From: an uncultured Methanosarcinales archaeon
GTDB taxonomy: Archaea; Nanobdellota; Nanobdellia; Woesearchaeales; GW2011-AR9
Assembly: GCA_964527395.1 (NCBI GenBank)
Contig: CAZGQD010000003.1
Location: forward strand, 29,124-93,123
DNA length: 64,000 bases
Direction: 5' to 3'
Below, piece after piece: positions 46,955 to 57,481 of this stretch. The translations under genes were made by a program, and so were the position numbers. The notes beneath the pieces are model-generated. The model saw only the letters and a list, made by a program, of their open reading frames with translations, was not told where the DNA came from and searched no databases. Position 1 is the stretch's first letter, and each line of letters begins with the position of its first letter.

Positions 46955-47311
46955 TTGAAAGTGTTCCCAGGGGTTAATCCAAAACAAATGCAGAAAATGA
47001 TGAACAAGATGGGCATCAAGCAAGTTGATCTAGGTGCTCGTAAAGTTATTATTGAGCTTGAAGATAAGAAATTGGTGTTTGATTCTAATGTTTCTGTACA
47101 GCGAGTGAACATGATGGGGCAAGAAACCTTTCAAATAGTTGGACCTTATAATGAGGAGAGCTATGACGATAACCCTAGCATTTCTGATGAAGACGTACAA
47201 GTAGTTATTGCACAAACTGGAGTTAGTCGGGAACGGGCTATTGAAGCTATTACAGGGTCTAAAGGAGATCTGGCTGAAGCTATCATGGAATTATCTGCTA
47301 AAAAAGAGTAA
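46955..47311 (+). CDS. nac: nascent polypeptide-associated complex alpha subunit (NAC domain plus C-terminal UBA)
   Basis: NAC domain (VDLGARKVIIELEDKKLVF...VQRV...ETFQIVG) and UBA-like tail (EDVQVVIAQTGVSRERAIEAITGSKGDLAEAIMEL). Confidence 0.8.
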   Translation: MKVFPGVNPKQMQKMMNKMGIKQVDLGARKVIIELEDKKLVFDSNVSVQRVNMMGQETFQIVGPYNEESYDDNPSISDEDVQVVIAQTGVSRERAIEAITGSKGDLAEAIMELSAKKE

Positions 47312-47333
47312 ATTAGGTTTAGTGAGTAGAGTA

Positions 47334-47729
47334 ATGAAGTCCAAGTCTGAAATTTTTGATAAAATAGCGTCTGTAAAACATATTCTAGAAGTGAGTTATC
47401 CACAAGTTAAAGATAGTCGTTTATTAGTTCGTTGTATGGTGATTTTGTCTGAGGCTTACTCGTCTGTGGCTAGTTCTGTAGGGGCTCATGGTGATTTAGA
47501 GGGGTTAGGTTCTGTTCATTTTAGTGTTTTTGAAGGGTTTTTGGCTAAAAGAGATAGTCTAAAATCTATGATAGAGAACTATGATTGTGGGCCAAAATCG
47601 TTCTCAAGACCTTCAGATTATGTGATTTGTGCAAAGGATTATAAAGTTCAAGTTATTTCTGTTAGTTCTGTAAGGGAGTACTTGACTTTTTTGCAGGAAA
47701 ATTGTGAAATTTTAAGAAGTTGTGAATAA
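47334..47729 (+). CDS. hypothetical protein
   Basis: Start trimmed to MKSKSEIF, because the listed upstream part overlaps the nac gene. Confidence 0.3.
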   Translation: MKSKSEIFDKIASVKHILEVSYPQVKDSRLLVRCMVILSEAYSSVASSVGAHGDLEGLGSVHFSVFEGFLAKRDSLKSMIENYDCGPKSFSRPSDYVICAKDYKVQVISVSSVREYLTFLQENCEILRSCE

Positions 47730-48213
47730 TCTAATGGAAGAACATGTTTTTGAGGCTCGAGAGGAGCTTAAGAGGATTGAACATATTGTTTTTGTTAGTT
47801 TGAAGTATACTCGTACTAGTGATGTATTACATAATGGACTACTTCGATTTGTGAGTTTCTATGATCTTTTGGTTACTGGGTATCTAATGCATGCTCAAGA
47901 AAAGGGTTTGATTGAGAAAATACCTAAGAGTCCTGCTTTAGCTGTGAAGAAGCTTATGGGGCTTTATGAAGATGATGAGAAATTGCAGCAATATTTGGGC
48001 TTTTATTTCTTTATAAAGGAGCTATTGAAGCGAGAGTATGACAGAATCAATGAGTATAGGCGTCATGTTGGGATGTTGTTTCATGGTAATGAAAAAGATA
48101 CTCGGACTGTGGTGATTAATATTGATCATTTAGAGGCGATTGAGTGGTATTTGAACAATTTCTTTTCGTTTTCACTTTTGTTTTTAGGGTTGGTTAAAGA
48201 AGAAGAAGATTGA
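47722..48213 (+). CDS. hypothetical protein
   Basis: 163-aa ORF overlapping the previous gene by 8 nt. Confidence 0.35.
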   Translation: MNNLMEEHVFEAREELKRIEHIVFVSLKYTRTSDVLHNGLLRFVSFYDLLVTGYLMHAQEKGLIEKIPKSPALAVKKLMGLYEDDEKLQQYLGFYFFIKELLKREYDRINEYRRHVGMLFHGNEKDTRTVVINIDHLEAIEWYLNNFFSFSLLFLGLVKEEED

Positions 48214-48263
48214 GTTTAGAAAAATGTTGATTTTTTTATTAGAATGAATTAAAGAAAATAATA

Positions 48264-48602
<339 letters not shown>

Positions 48603-48674
48603 GTATTTAAATAGTTCTTTTTTGATGTTTCTTTACGATAAGTTTAAATATCAATTGATAATTTTAGTTATCAG

Positions 48675-49205
48675 ATGAAAAGAAAGAATGTCAAACAAAA
48701 GATAAAGGAATATTTCTTTATGAATCCGACAAAGAAGCTTAGAGTTAGGCAGATTGAGCGGGAAGTTGAAGTAGCTTTACCTTCTGCTATTAGATATAGT
48801 CGTGAACTTGAGGAAGAAGGGATATTGACTAGTTATGAAGTTGCTGGTGTGCATTTGTATTCTGCAGATAGAAGTTCTTCTATGTTTTTGCTTGAGAAAA
48901 AATTGTTTAATTATAGAACTTTGGCAGCTTCAGATCTGATTGATTTTTTAGTTGGTTATTTGAGTAACCCTTCCATTGTAGTTTTTGGATCTTATTCTCT
49001 TGGGGAAGATATTGAAAGTAGTGATATTGACTTGTATATTGAGACCAGTTCTAAAAAAAAGATTGATTTAAAGGCATTTGAGAAAGAGTTTGGAAGGAAA
49101 ATACAAGTGTTTGTGTACAACAATATTAAAAAAGTAAGGAATAAGGAACTTGCAAATAATATCATGAATGGAATGCTATTACATGGTTATTTGGAAGTGT
49201 TTTAG
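48675..49205 (+). CDS. winged-helix plus minimal nucleotidyltransferase (MNT-type) protein
   Basis: VVFGSYSLGEDIESSDIDLYI matches the GS...DxD signature of the pol-beta NTase fold; N-terminal region is HTH-like. Confidence 0.55.
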   Translation: MKRKNVKQKIKEYFFMNPTKKLRVRQIEREVEVALPSAIRYSRELEEEGILTSYEVAGVHLYSADRSSSMFLLEKKLFNYRTLAASDLIDFLVGYLSNPSIVVFGSYSLGEDIESSDIDLYIETSSKKKIDLKAFEKEFGRKIQVFVYNNIKKVRNKELANNIMNGMLLHGYLEVF

Positions 49206-49220
49206 ATGAAGAAATTAAGT

Positions 49221-49559
49221 CTATCTGATGATATCAATTATTAGTCTGCCTTTTTTTGGAATAGATATGTCAATTTCATCTCCACTATGTAAATTTAAGC
49301 TTCTGATAATGTTTTTGTTGAAGTAAGTTCCTAGTCTTCCGCCAGAGAGATTGATAATTTTTTGTCTGATTTTTAAAGGAGATTCTCTTAATTCTTCAAT
49401 AACTTTTTGTGAGGAAATAGGTTCAAAGCTGAAATAGTCACAACTGTTACATTGATAGCTAGTTACTTTTTGACTTGCGTCTTCTACTTTAACTTGTATT
49501 TTCCTTAATTTTTTCTCGCATTTTGGACAGTTCATTTTCTTACCTATTTCTTTTTGCAT
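49221..49559 (-). CDS. zinc-ribbon plus AbrB/MazE-like (swapped-hairpin) domain protein, antitoxin-like
   Basis: CPKCEKKL...CNSCDY zinc ribbon and C-terminal GGRLGTYFNKNIIRSLNLHSGDEIDISI looped-hinge-helix-like segment. Confidence 0.4.
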   Translation of the reverse strand: MQKEIGKKMNCPKCEKKLRKIQVKVEDASQKVTSYQCNSCDYFSFEPISSQKVIEELRESPLKIRQKIINLSGGRLGTYFNKNIIRSLNLHSGDEIDISIPKKGRLIIDIIR

Positions 49560-49830
49560 TTATTACGTAAAGTATGTTGTCTTTGATCTCAAATAGTAAA
49601 TAATATCCGGCTTGTTCGATTTCAAACTTAGTTCCTTTTTTCCTAGGATTTTTGATAGTAAAAATAAGTTCTACTACTTTGTGCCAAGGAACTTCTCTTT
49701 CATGTTCTTCAATATAATGTTGTGTCTTTTTTATTTCTGTAAAGTAAACCACTAGTTTAGCACCCAGATTTGTAGTCTTTTTGATTATATAAATGTTTTG
49801 TTTGAGAAATGAAATTTGATAATGAAGCAA
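49540..49830 (-). CDS. DUF4258-like small toxin-like protein
   Basis: VVYFTEIKKTQHYIEEHERE block similar to the 15319-15654 protein; overlaps the downstream partner by 20 nt. Confidence 0.35.
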   Translation of the reverse strand: MLHYQISFLKQNIYIIKKTTNLGAKLVVYFTEIKKTQHYIEEHEREVPWHKVVELIFTIKNPRKKGTKFEIEQAGYYLLFEIKDNILYVINAKRNR

Positions 49831-49849
49831 AAGGTTTAAGTTCTATTGT

Positions 49850-50578
49850 GTGTTTTTAGTTTGTATGACACGGTTTATTACACTTTTGTCAGGAAAAGGA
49901 GGGGTGGGAAAAACTTCTACGACTGTCAATTTAGGACATGCACTTGCAGGGCTTGGGAAAAAAGTAGTATTGGTGGATGCTAATTTTGCTACAGCTAATC
50001 TTGGTTTGCATTTAGGGGTTTTAGATCCTAAAGGAACTGTGAATCATTTTATTCGAGGAGAAAAAGCGCTTCGAGAAGTGATTCATGAGCATGATAGTGG
50101 ATTTTCGTTTATTCCAGCAAGTCCATCATATGCAGAGTTTCAAAAGACAAATCCGTCCAAAATTGGGAAATTGTTTAATCATTTAGAGAAGACCTGTGAC
50201 TTTGTTTTGATTGATGCTCCTAGTGGGCTTGGACCTGAACTACATCATTTATTGAAGCACAGTGATGAGACTTTGATTATAACTAATCCACAGCTTAGTT
50301 CAGTAATGGAAGCGCTTAAAAGTTTGACTTTGGCAGATGCAAAAGATAATACTGTTACTGGGATTGTACTTAACAAGAGCAACAAAGGGAGGCATGAGAT
50401 GTCTGTTGAGGAAGTTGAATCTATATTAGGTAGTCGAGTAATTGCTAACGTTAGGCATGATAGGAAAGTTCAGAAGGCTCAGCACGCACAGATGCCAGTT
50501 GGAGCAAAGTATTGGTGGGGAAGAAGCAAACGTGAATATGAAAAATTAGCTTCTTTTTTAGCTATGGAGTTTGATTAG
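49850..50578 (+). CDS. minD: MinD/ParA-family P-loop ATPase
   Basis: Deviant Walker A SGKGGVGKTST; overall ParA/MinD architecture. Confidence 0.8.
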   Translation: MFLVCMTRFITLLSGKGGVGKTSTTVNLGHALAGLGKKVVLVDANFATANLGLHLGVLDPKGTVNHFIRGEKALREVIHEHDSGFSFIPASPSYAEFQKTNPSKIGKLFNHLEKTCDFVLIDAPSGLGPELHHLLKHSDETLIITNPQLSSVMEALKSLTLADAKDNTVTGIVLNKSNKGRHEMSVEEVESILGSRVIANVRHDRKVQKAQHAQMPVGAKYWWGRSKREYEKLASFLAMEFD

Positions 50579-50587
50579 AGGTTTCTA

Positions 50588-51094
50588 ATGGCGCATGTAG
50601 GGACTTTGGATCGTGGGAAAAGAAAGCATTGGGCCAGTTCTGAGATTAAGGATCTGGAGCAAAAGTTGATGGGGACGCATAAGTTTCATGGGAAGTCGCA
50701 GGATTTGATGTTTTTTGTGTTTATGCTCGTGGCTTTTGTGGTTGCTTTTGTGTTTGGATTGGTTGTTTCTCCATTGTGGTTTGTATTTTCTGGGGCTTTA
50801 TTTTCAGTTTTGTTTGTGGGTTTTGCTTTGTTTGCTGGGCTTTTGTATTTGGCATTTATACATATACATTCAGAATTTGAAGCGCAGCATCATGTGTTTT
50901 TGCTGTTTAGTTGTTTATTATTGTCTTATTTGAGTATGTTAGTGGTTGGGTTGATTTATAGTTTACTTGATTCTCACTTTGTATTTGGTGCAGATCTGTT
51001 TGAAGTTTGGTTCTATGGGGCTGCTTATTCTATTGCTTTTACTTTGCCTTATGCAGTGCATTGGTTGCTGGTTATTGTGCGTGGGAAGAAGTAG
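50588..51094 (+). CDS. hypothetical polytopic membrane protein
   Basis: Four hydrophobic helices; possibly co-transcribed with minD. Confidence 0.35.
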   Translation: MAHVGTLDRGKRKHWASSEIKDLEQKLMGTHKFHGKSQDLMFFVFMLVAFVVAFVFGLVVSPLWFVFSGALFSVLFVGFALFAGLLYLAFIHIHSEFEAQHHVFLLFSCLLLSYLSMLVVGLIYSLLDSHFVFGADLFEVWFYGAAYSIAFTLPYAVHWLLVIVRGKK

Positions 51095-51110
51095 AGTAGA
51101 AGATGTTTAG

Positions 51111-51494
51111 TTATGTATGGTATTTTACATCAAACAATTTGAATTCGTCTATTTCAAAAGCAGTTATCATTTTTGCTTCATGGTCCAAAGCTAACATAAA
51201 GAAGTCTTTAGTGTAACCTTGACTTCTTTTGAGGGCTTGGTATCTATTGGCATCTTCATGTCCATTGTGGAAACTGTAGCGTCCGGTGTTTGCTTCAACT
51301 AGTACAATATGGTTTGGGTGTCTTAGCATAGTAGCTTCGTTTGCTTCGTAGAATTTGTCTATATTTTCTAGAGGGGAAGTGTTGTCAGCTGGATTGTAGA
51401 CTATTGTAGGTGTAATTGGAGCAGAAGGTTCTTCTGAAGGGGAGGTTGGTTCTTTTTTAAGGAGTTTTTTGATAATGTCGCATATGAAGGTCAT
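51111..51494 (-). CDS. hypothetical protein
   Basis: 127-aa ORF. Confidence 0.35.
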   Translation of the reverse strand: MTFICDIIKKLLKKEPTSPSEEPSAPITPTIVYNPADNTSPLENIDKFYEANEATMLRHPNHIVLVEANTGRYSFHNGHEDANRYQALKRSQGYTKDFFMLALDHEAKMITAFEIDEFKLFDVKYHT

Positions 51495-51537
51495 GTGTTT
51501 TTTGTTAGTTTTAGTTTAAATAAAGGTTTTGATTAAG

Positions 51538-52776
51538 TTATATCTGGTAATTGAGCTTTTTTAGGTCCATTAGGATTAATTCTTGGATTAGATATTCAAA
51601 TTCTAGGTCGTTTCTTTCGTTAGATTTTTTAGTTAGGTTTAGATATTGATCGAAGTAGCCTAAAGGAAAGTCTAAGATTGGAATTTTGTGATTTCTTAAA
51701 ATGTGAAACATTAGTAGTCTTGAAGTTCTACTATTACCATCATTAAAAGGGTGAATTCTTTGAAATTCGTTATGGAAAAATGCAGCGAAGGAGATAATTC
51801 TTTTAAGATCATTTGAGGTTTTGTTTTTTTCTTTTTTGAATTCATCATAAAGAGTAAGGAGATGGTCTAGTTTTTGGCTTATCTGTTGCCAAGCTGCTGT
51901 TTTGAAATTAGGGTTACCTTTGATTCTGACGTCATGTTTTCTGATTTCTCCTGCACCAAAAGTGTGGTACATAGCTGTTTTGTGGTAGATTAGAATAAGT
52001 TCTTTGGTGATTGTTTTGTTGTTGTTTGCATTTTCTAGCATTAGGTCTACTGCTTTTTTGTAGTTCATTAATTCTTGAATGTTATTCGCAGTGTAATTAG
52101 AAATGCTCTGTCCAGTTAGGATCTTTTGAGTGTCAGGTAAGGTTAAAGGGTTTCCTTCTAAACTTAAACTTTGATGGATGAAAGAGATTTGGGATTTTTC
52201 TTCTAATTTGAATAAATCTATATTATCTTGCTTCTTTATTTTTTTGTATTTAGATAATTCTTTTTTAATTAAAGGAATGATGTCTTGTCTTTTAGTTTGA
52301 TCAAAAGTATTGTCTTTTTTGTGATATTTAAGAAGGTTTTTTAGGAAGTTGTTTTCTAAGAGTTTTGCTTTTAGTGGCTTTTTACTAAATATTAAAACAA
52401 ATCCATATTTTGCTAAGGTGTTGGTATAGTCTGTGAATGTTTTTTGGCTGATGTCTGTACTGTTAGAGTAGAAATATTCTCTAGGAGCTATGTCTAAAAT
52501 GAAATTGATAACTGATTCTTTTAATAAGAAATTGTATGAAAGGTTGTTTTTAATACAAAAATGGATAATGTTGTAAAGATCTTGGCTTTTTTTAGAGTTG
52601 ATTACTTGGAAAGTTTTGTTTTTCTTTGAGATTAGTTTGTTTTTTTTAAGTTCTGAGATGTGATTGTAGATAGAGTTGTAGCTACTTTTTCTTTCTCCTA
52701 GGTATTTATTGATATTAGAAATAGTGCAAGTGCCTTTTCTAGCAATTATGTAAAAAATGTCATATTCTGATACCAT
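51538..52776 (-). CDS. Fic/Doc family protein with N-terminal HTH-like extension
   Basis: Fic motif variant HPFNDGNSRTSR within a 412-aa protein. Confidence 0.75.
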   Translation of the reverse strand: MVSEYDIFYIIARKGTCTISNINKYLGERKSSYNSIYNHISELKKNKLISKKNKTFQVINSKKSQDLYNIIHFCIKNNLSYNFLLKESVINFILDIAPREYFYSNSTDISQKTFTDYTNTLAKYGFVLIFSKKPLKAKLLENNFLKNLLKYHKKDNTFDQTKRQDIIPLIKKELSKYKKIKKQDNIDLFKLEEKSQISFIHQSLSLEGNPLTLPDTQKILTGQSISNYTANNIQELMNYKKAVDLMLENANNNKTITKELILIYHKTAMYHTFGAGEIRKHDVRIKGNPNFKTAAWQQISQKLDHLLTLYDEFKKEKNKTSNDLKRIISFAAFFHNEFQRIHPFNDGNSRTSRLLMFHILRNHKIPILDFPLGYFDQYLNLTKKSNERNDLEFEYLIQELILMDLKKLNYQI

Positions 52777-52999
52777 CTAAGGTGTAGAAAGGGTTATTCT
52801 TTATAAATTTATGCTATTAAGGATATTTTCTGTAGTTTTTCTTAATATTTTGTTCTTTTTGGTCTGTTTTTGGAATTTTTAGGTTAATAATTGACCATTA
52901 AGGATATTTTCTGTAGGTTTTCTTAATATTTTATGCGTTTTAAGTATTCTCTTATTATTATAAGGAAGATTTAAATAAAAGTAATACTTTATTACTTTT

Positions 53000-53257
53000 A
53001 TGGCAGAAGTTAAGACTATTAAGGGAGTTACTGAAGAGACTTGGGCTGAGTTTAAGGGGCTTGCTTCAAGAAATGATGATACTTTAGGTTCTTTTTTTGA
53101 GAAATTGATTGCTTTTTATAAGAAAGAAAGTAAGACTTTTTGGGACGATATTCTTGGGGGAGATCCGATTATAACGGAGGAAGAAGCAAAGGATATAGAA
53201 AAAGAGATAATTTCTCTTCGTAAGCAAAGGAGTTTTAGAGATGACCTTGATTTTTGA
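53000..53257 (+). CDS. VapB-like antitoxin candidate
   Basis: 85-aa ORF overlapping the downstream PIN gene by 17 nt. Confidence 0.45.
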   Translation: MAEVKTIKGVTEETWAEFKGLASRNDDTLGSFFEKLIAFYKKESKTFWDDILGGDPIITEEEAKDIEKEIISLRKQRSFRDDLDF

Positions 53258-53642
53258 TTCTTCAATTCTTATAGATTTGGAGAAAGGGAAGAAGGAAACT
53301 ATCTCTAGTTTGAAAGAATTGGCTTTGAGGTATCCTGCGCCAGTGTTTATAAGTTTTGTTTCCTATTTTGAATTTTATTTTGGAATCTTGAGAAGGTCAC
53401 CTAATAATTTTAATTTAGCTTATGGGTTTTTGCAAAAGTTTCCTTTACTTCTTCCTACGAAAAAGACTGCGGAAATTTTAGGTGAACTTAGAAAAAAGTA
53501 TAATGCACAAGGAAAAATTTTGCCATTAGCCGATTATTTGATTGCTAGTCAAGCTAAGGAACATAATTTGACGTTGGTTACAAGAGATAAAGACTTTGGG
53601 ATGTTTGAAGAAATAAAGGTTATACATTTAGAGAATATTTAG
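53241..53642 (+). CDS. vapC: PIN-domain ribonuclease (VapC-type toxin)
   Basis: LIFDSSILID N-terminal acidic motif and TRDKDF near the C-terminus; PIN fold size. Confidence 0.75.
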   Translation: MTLIFDSSILIDLEKGKKETISSLKELALRYPAPVFISFVSYFEFYFGILRRSPNNFNLAYGFLQKFPLLLPTKKTAEILGELRKKYNAQGKILPLADYLIASQAKEHNLTLVTRDKDFGMFEEIKVIHLENI

Positions 53643-53658
53643 CTGTTTTAGGCTATTT

Positions 53659-54294
53659 TTAAGAATCTTCGTTTAAAAGGAGCCTTAGGATCACTGCGGC
53701 GCTCCGATCTTCTTTGATTTGGTTGTTTAATGTGAGTTTGAGTAGTTCTTCTTTTGTTTTCCACTCTATTTTGATGCATGAAAATCCAAGATTTTCAGCA
53801 CAGGAAATCTTTGATTTCCTTGTGTTTTCACCATCTTCTAAGGATTGCTCTTTTTGATTGTCTTGGTCAACTGTGATTAGAAAATAGTAGAGGTCCCAAT
53901 CTATAGTAGTTCCACACTTGGAGATGTGGATAAGTTCTGTTTTGATTGGAGTGTATCCAGTTTCTTCTTGGCACTCTTTGATTGCTGCTGCCTTGGATGC
54001 GTTTTTTAGTTGGGTTTTGTTGTTTCTGATTTGTTTATAGTTTTCTAGTTTGTCAAAGACTTTTCCACCTGGGAGTCTATAGTCGTAATCTTTGATTTCG
54101 TATCTGAATTCTTTTGTGATTAGGTATTGGTTTTGTTTGTTTTTTATTATGAGTCTGACACCTGGAGCACGTCTGGCAATTTCAAAAATGACTTTCCTAT
54201 CTTCAAGTTTCATAGGGATTTTTACAAATTCTAGAATTCTGCCTGAAGCGATTATTTCTTCTGGTCCATCTTGAGTCTGGATGTTTGATTTCAT
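53659..54294 (-). CDS. NUDIX hydrolase
   Basis: Nudix box GGKVFDKLENY...AAIKECQEETGY (GX5EX7REUXEEXGU pattern). Confidence 0.75.
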   Translation of the reverse strand: MKSNIQTQDGPEEIIASGRILEFVKIPMKLEDRKVIFEIARRAPGVRLIIKNKQNQYLITKEFRYEIKDYDYRLPGGKVFDKLENYKQIRNNKTQLKNASKAAAIKECQEETGYTPIKTELIHISKCGTTIDWDLYYFLITVDQDNQKEQSLEDGENTRKSKISCAENLGFSCIKIEWKTKEELLKLTLNNQIKEDRSAAVILRLLLNEDS

Positions 54295-54350
54295 TGTATT
54301 TGGTCTAGTTTCAGATAGATTCTTATAAAATTATTGGTTCTTTAGTAGTT

Positions 54351-54479
54351 ATGGGAGATTTGAGAGAGAAAATTAGACTTTTAATGAAGGAATTTACAGT
54401 TGAGATGAAGAAGCAGAAAATATCTAAAGAAGATGCTGTTAAGGAAATTGGTTTGATGAGATTAAAAGAAATGAAATAG
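54351..54479 (+). CDS. small hypothetical protein (43 aa)
   Basis: Unlisted short ORF MGDLREKIRLLMKEF... in the gap before secD; weak. Confidence 0.2.
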   Translation: MGDLREKIRLLMKEFTVEMKKQKISKEDAVKEIGLMRLKEMK

Positions 54480-54480
54480 T

Positions 54481-56169
54481 TTATTCATCATCAGAGTCGA
54501 AAAGAATTCTAATAATGTTTGCGTAAGCTGGCCTTGCAACAAATACACCTAAAGTAATACCCATAATAGTTGTGAAAGCGAAACCTTTTAGGAGTCCAGC
54601 ACCTGCGAACCATAAAGGAAGCATTCCTACAGCAGTTGTGAAGTAAGCACCCATAACAATTGCCATAGCGGCTTTGATTTTTTCTGTTAATTTGGTTTTT
54701 TGTGAGACGCCTTTAAGAGTTTCATCACTGATAATGATAAGATGGTCAACACCAGTACCGGCGGCGATGATGATTCCAGCCAAAGCAGCTAAGTCTAAGT
54801 TCCAACCTACTAGGGCTGCGAAACCTAGGATTAAAACTATCTCTGAGAGCATGATAAGGCTCATTGGGATTGCGATTTTTGGTTTTCTATACCTAAGCAT
54901 GATAGTTGTGAAAACAGCTAGGATGGCGATGATTGCTACAATGGTAAGATTGTCTAAGAATTCTTCTCCAAGTTCAGGAGAGATAGTGTCCATCTTAACA
55001 ATTTCTAGTTCTATTGGAAGTGAACCTGTGATTAGAATAGTTTGAAGCTTCTTCATATTGTTTAAAGTGTCTTCAATAGCGTTATCTTGACCATTACCAT
55101 AACCTGAACCTGAAATAGAAATGTCTGTTACAGGTCTTCCTTGCAGATCTGCACCAATTCTTAATGAATCTACTTCTTCATCATCTAAATAGAGGATAAG
55201 GCTTTCACTTAAATATCTTGAATTTGCAGTGTATTCTATAGTTAGTTCTTCTGTTAGGTCTGCTTGTTTTTGTGCTGCTTCTGGACTTAAACTGATAGCG
55301 AATGAGAATGAACAAATGTGTGAACCATCTTGTTGTGCCTGACATCCACGTTGTGGGTCGATACCAGAACAGTCAGCACTTCTACAAACGTAAGTGATAT
55401 CTTCGTTAGCACTTGAGAAAACAGTTTGGTTAGCTATTTTTGCTTCGAACTTACCTTGTTTTGATAACAATTCTCTTACTTCTTTTTCAGTTGCACCAGC
55501 GATTTCAATTACAATGTATTGGTCTCCTGCTAGGTCTGTTGCTGGAGTAATACTGATGTCGCTTAGACCGTAAACGTTTAGTCTTTCGTTAAGACTTTCA
55601 GCTGTAACTTCTAGAGTTTCTTCTGAGACACGTTCTGTTGGAGCTAGTAAGACTCTGGTTCCACCAGCTAGGTCAAGGCCTTTTCTTAAGTTGTTTTTAG
55701 CAGGCTGCGTTACTGAGATTCCTAGGCTGATTTCTTCACCTGGAGAGATTGTGTTAATGTTATTTGTTTGGTTTGTTGAGTTAGTTGTATCGTTATTATT
55801 TGAGGATTCATCTATTGTATCGTCTGAAATGGTTGGAGTTAAAATAGTGTAAGTAGCTTCAGTTGTAGTGATTCTAATAGGTGTTTGAGGTTCTAGATTG
55901 CTTGTAAGTTCGTAGAATTGGTCCGTGCTTGTTATTTTAGTGTTGTCTATTTGCAATATTCTTTCTCTTTGCATTGGAGATGTTTTAGTATCTGGACTAG
56001 ACATACCAGCTTCACTTGCTAAGGAATTTGTTTCTATACTTTGGATAGTAACTCCAGTTGCGAACCAGTTGCTTGGATTTAATGTGAAAATTGAAGTTAG
56101 AGCAAAGACTAGGAAAACTAATAATAGGATTACTCTGAAATTTGTGAAGATCTTTTTTGCTTTTCCCAT
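54481..56169 (-). CDS. secD: protein-export membrane protein SecD
   Basis: GLDLAGGTRVLL periplasmic-domain motif and C-terminal six-TM bundle with AAGTGVDHLIIISD. Confidence 0.8.
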   Translation of the reverse strand: MGKAKKIFTNFRVILLLVFLVFALTSIFTLNPSNWFATGVTIQSIETNSLASEAGMSSPDTKTSPMQRERILQIDNTKITSTDQFYELTSNLEPQTPIRITTTEATYTILTPTISDDTIDESSNNNDTTNSTNQTNNINTISPGEEISLGISVTQPAKNNLRKGLDLAGGTRVLLAPTERVSEETLEVTAESLNERLNVYGLSDISITPATDLAGDQYIVIEIAGATEKEVRELLSKQGKFEAKIANQTVFSSANEDITYVCRSADCSGIDPQRGCQAQQDGSHICSFSFAISLSPEAAQKQADLTEELTIEYTANSRYLSESLILYLDDEEVDSLRIGADLQGRPVTDISISGSGYGNGQDNAIEDTLNNMKKLQTILITGSLPIELEIVKMDTISPELGEEFLDNLTIVAIIAILAVFTTIMLRYRKPKIAIPMSLIMLSEIVLILGFAALVGWNLDLAALAGIIIAAGTGVDHLIIISDETLKGVSQKTKLTEKIKAAMAIVMGAYFTTAVGMLPLWFAGAGLLKGFAFTTIMGITLGVFVARPAYANIIRILFDSDDE

Positions 56170-56194
56170 TTTTGCTTTTCTTTTTTTAATTATA

Positions 56195-57220
56195 TTATTG
56201 AGTATGTAATTCTTTTTTGTCAGCGTCTTTCATGATTTCTTGATGAAGTTCTGCTGTTGTCTTAGGTGCTTTAGATTCTTTTTGTTTTGAGTGATGCTTA
56301 TGTTGCTTAGAGTGTTCTTTAGCTTGAACTTGCTCTTTTTGCCTCTCGTGCTTTTCACCAACAGATTCAAGGTAGAGTCTTAAGATTCCTACGTTCTGGA
56401 TCCAAGTCATAATTAAGTCTACCAAAAGACCGATTACTAAAATTAAAGCGATTTGTTTTACAATTTCACTTTTTACTAAGATCAAGGTGATGATAAGTAC
56501 AATAATTGTAGTTGCAACCATAGTAAGACCTGTTTTCATAGCTTCGTAGACCCTTTTCATAAGCTGTTTTTGGCCACGTCTCTTTAGAAGGTGAGTTGTA
56601 ACTAAGATGTCTGTATCTACAGAATAACCTATAAGCATTAATAGTGCTGCGATTCCAGCTGTTTGGAGCTTTTGGCCAGTTAAGTTGAAAATTGCTACAG
56701 TAATAATAATGTCTGACCCTGCTGCAAGGATAACAGCTAGGCTTGGTGCCAAAGTTCTAAAATATAGGAAAACTACTACACCCATTAGTAAGAATGCTAC
56801 TAATAAAGCAATCATGGTTTGTTTAAAGAAACTTTCACCTAAGGAAGAACCCATAACTTCAGTAGTTAGTTGATCTTCTGTTACTCCTGCTAACTCAGTG
56901 ATTGAGTCAGTTAGAAGTTGCAGATTAGTTTCGTCTTGGATCGTTGATTCGATGATGATTCCTGTCTTGCCTAAGGTTCTGGCGCTTAGTTCTGCGTTTG
57001 GAAATTCTTGTTGTAGGGTGGATTCTATGGTTTCTAGGCTAGTTGTTGTGTCAGTTATAGTGATAGTTGATCCTCCGCTAAGAGATACACCTTTGTTAAC
57101 AAAATCGCCTGTTGCTGCTGTTTGAAGTCCGATTTGGACGAATGCTGCGAATAGTAAGATGAAAGGGATGATTAGAAGAATTTTGTACTTTTCTTCATAA
57201 AATTGTTTGATTGCTTTCAT
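56195..57220 (-). CDS. secF: protein-export membrane protein SecF, with a Lys/His-rich C-terminal tail
   Basis: GVSLSGGSTITI and GYSVDTDILV motifs; archaeal secF-secD gene order. Confidence 0.75.
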   Translation of the reverse strand: MKAIKQFYEEKYKILLIIPFILLFAAFVQIGLQTAATGDFVNKGVSLSGGSTITITDTTTSLETIESTLQQEFPNAELSARTLGKTGIIIESTIQDETNLQLLTDSITELAGVTEDQLTTEVMGSSLGESFFKQTMIALLVAFLLMGVVVFLYFRTLAPSLAVILAAGSDIIITVAIFNLTGQKLQTAGIAALLMLIGYSVDTDILVTTHLLKRRGQKQLMKRVYEAMKTGLTMVATTIIVLIITLILVKSEIVKQIALILVIGLLVDLIMTWIQNVGILRLYLESVGEKHERQKEQVQAKEHSKQHKHHSKQKESKAPKTTAELHQEIMKDADKKELHTQ

Positions 57221-57293
57221 GTTTGCTGTTTGGCGGTTTGGGCTTTTTTAAAGGTTATGGTTGGCTTGAGGTTATATTAGTAGTTTTTTGTGT

Positions 57294-57437
57294 GGGCTCT
57301 GTAGAAACCCTCAATTCGGGGCGAGGTTGAATAGGCTCTTCTTCGCGTTCGCCTAAACGGCTCAGGTCGTTTGATTAAGCTCTAGCGAAGATAGTCTCTT
57401 TTTGCGGAGGCGCCCCCGAGAGGGTTTCTACAGAGCC
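57294..57437. repeat. 144-bp MITE-like element with 18-19-bp terminal inverted repeats GGGCTCTGTAGAAACCCTC
   Basis: Termini are reverse complements; the interior aataggctcttcttcgcgttcgcc...ctcaggtcg is homologous to the interior of 39363-39695. Confidence 0.5.
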
Positions 57438-57481
57438 TTTGTGTGAAATAGTTTATAAATAGAGAGTTTTGAGGTGTTTAT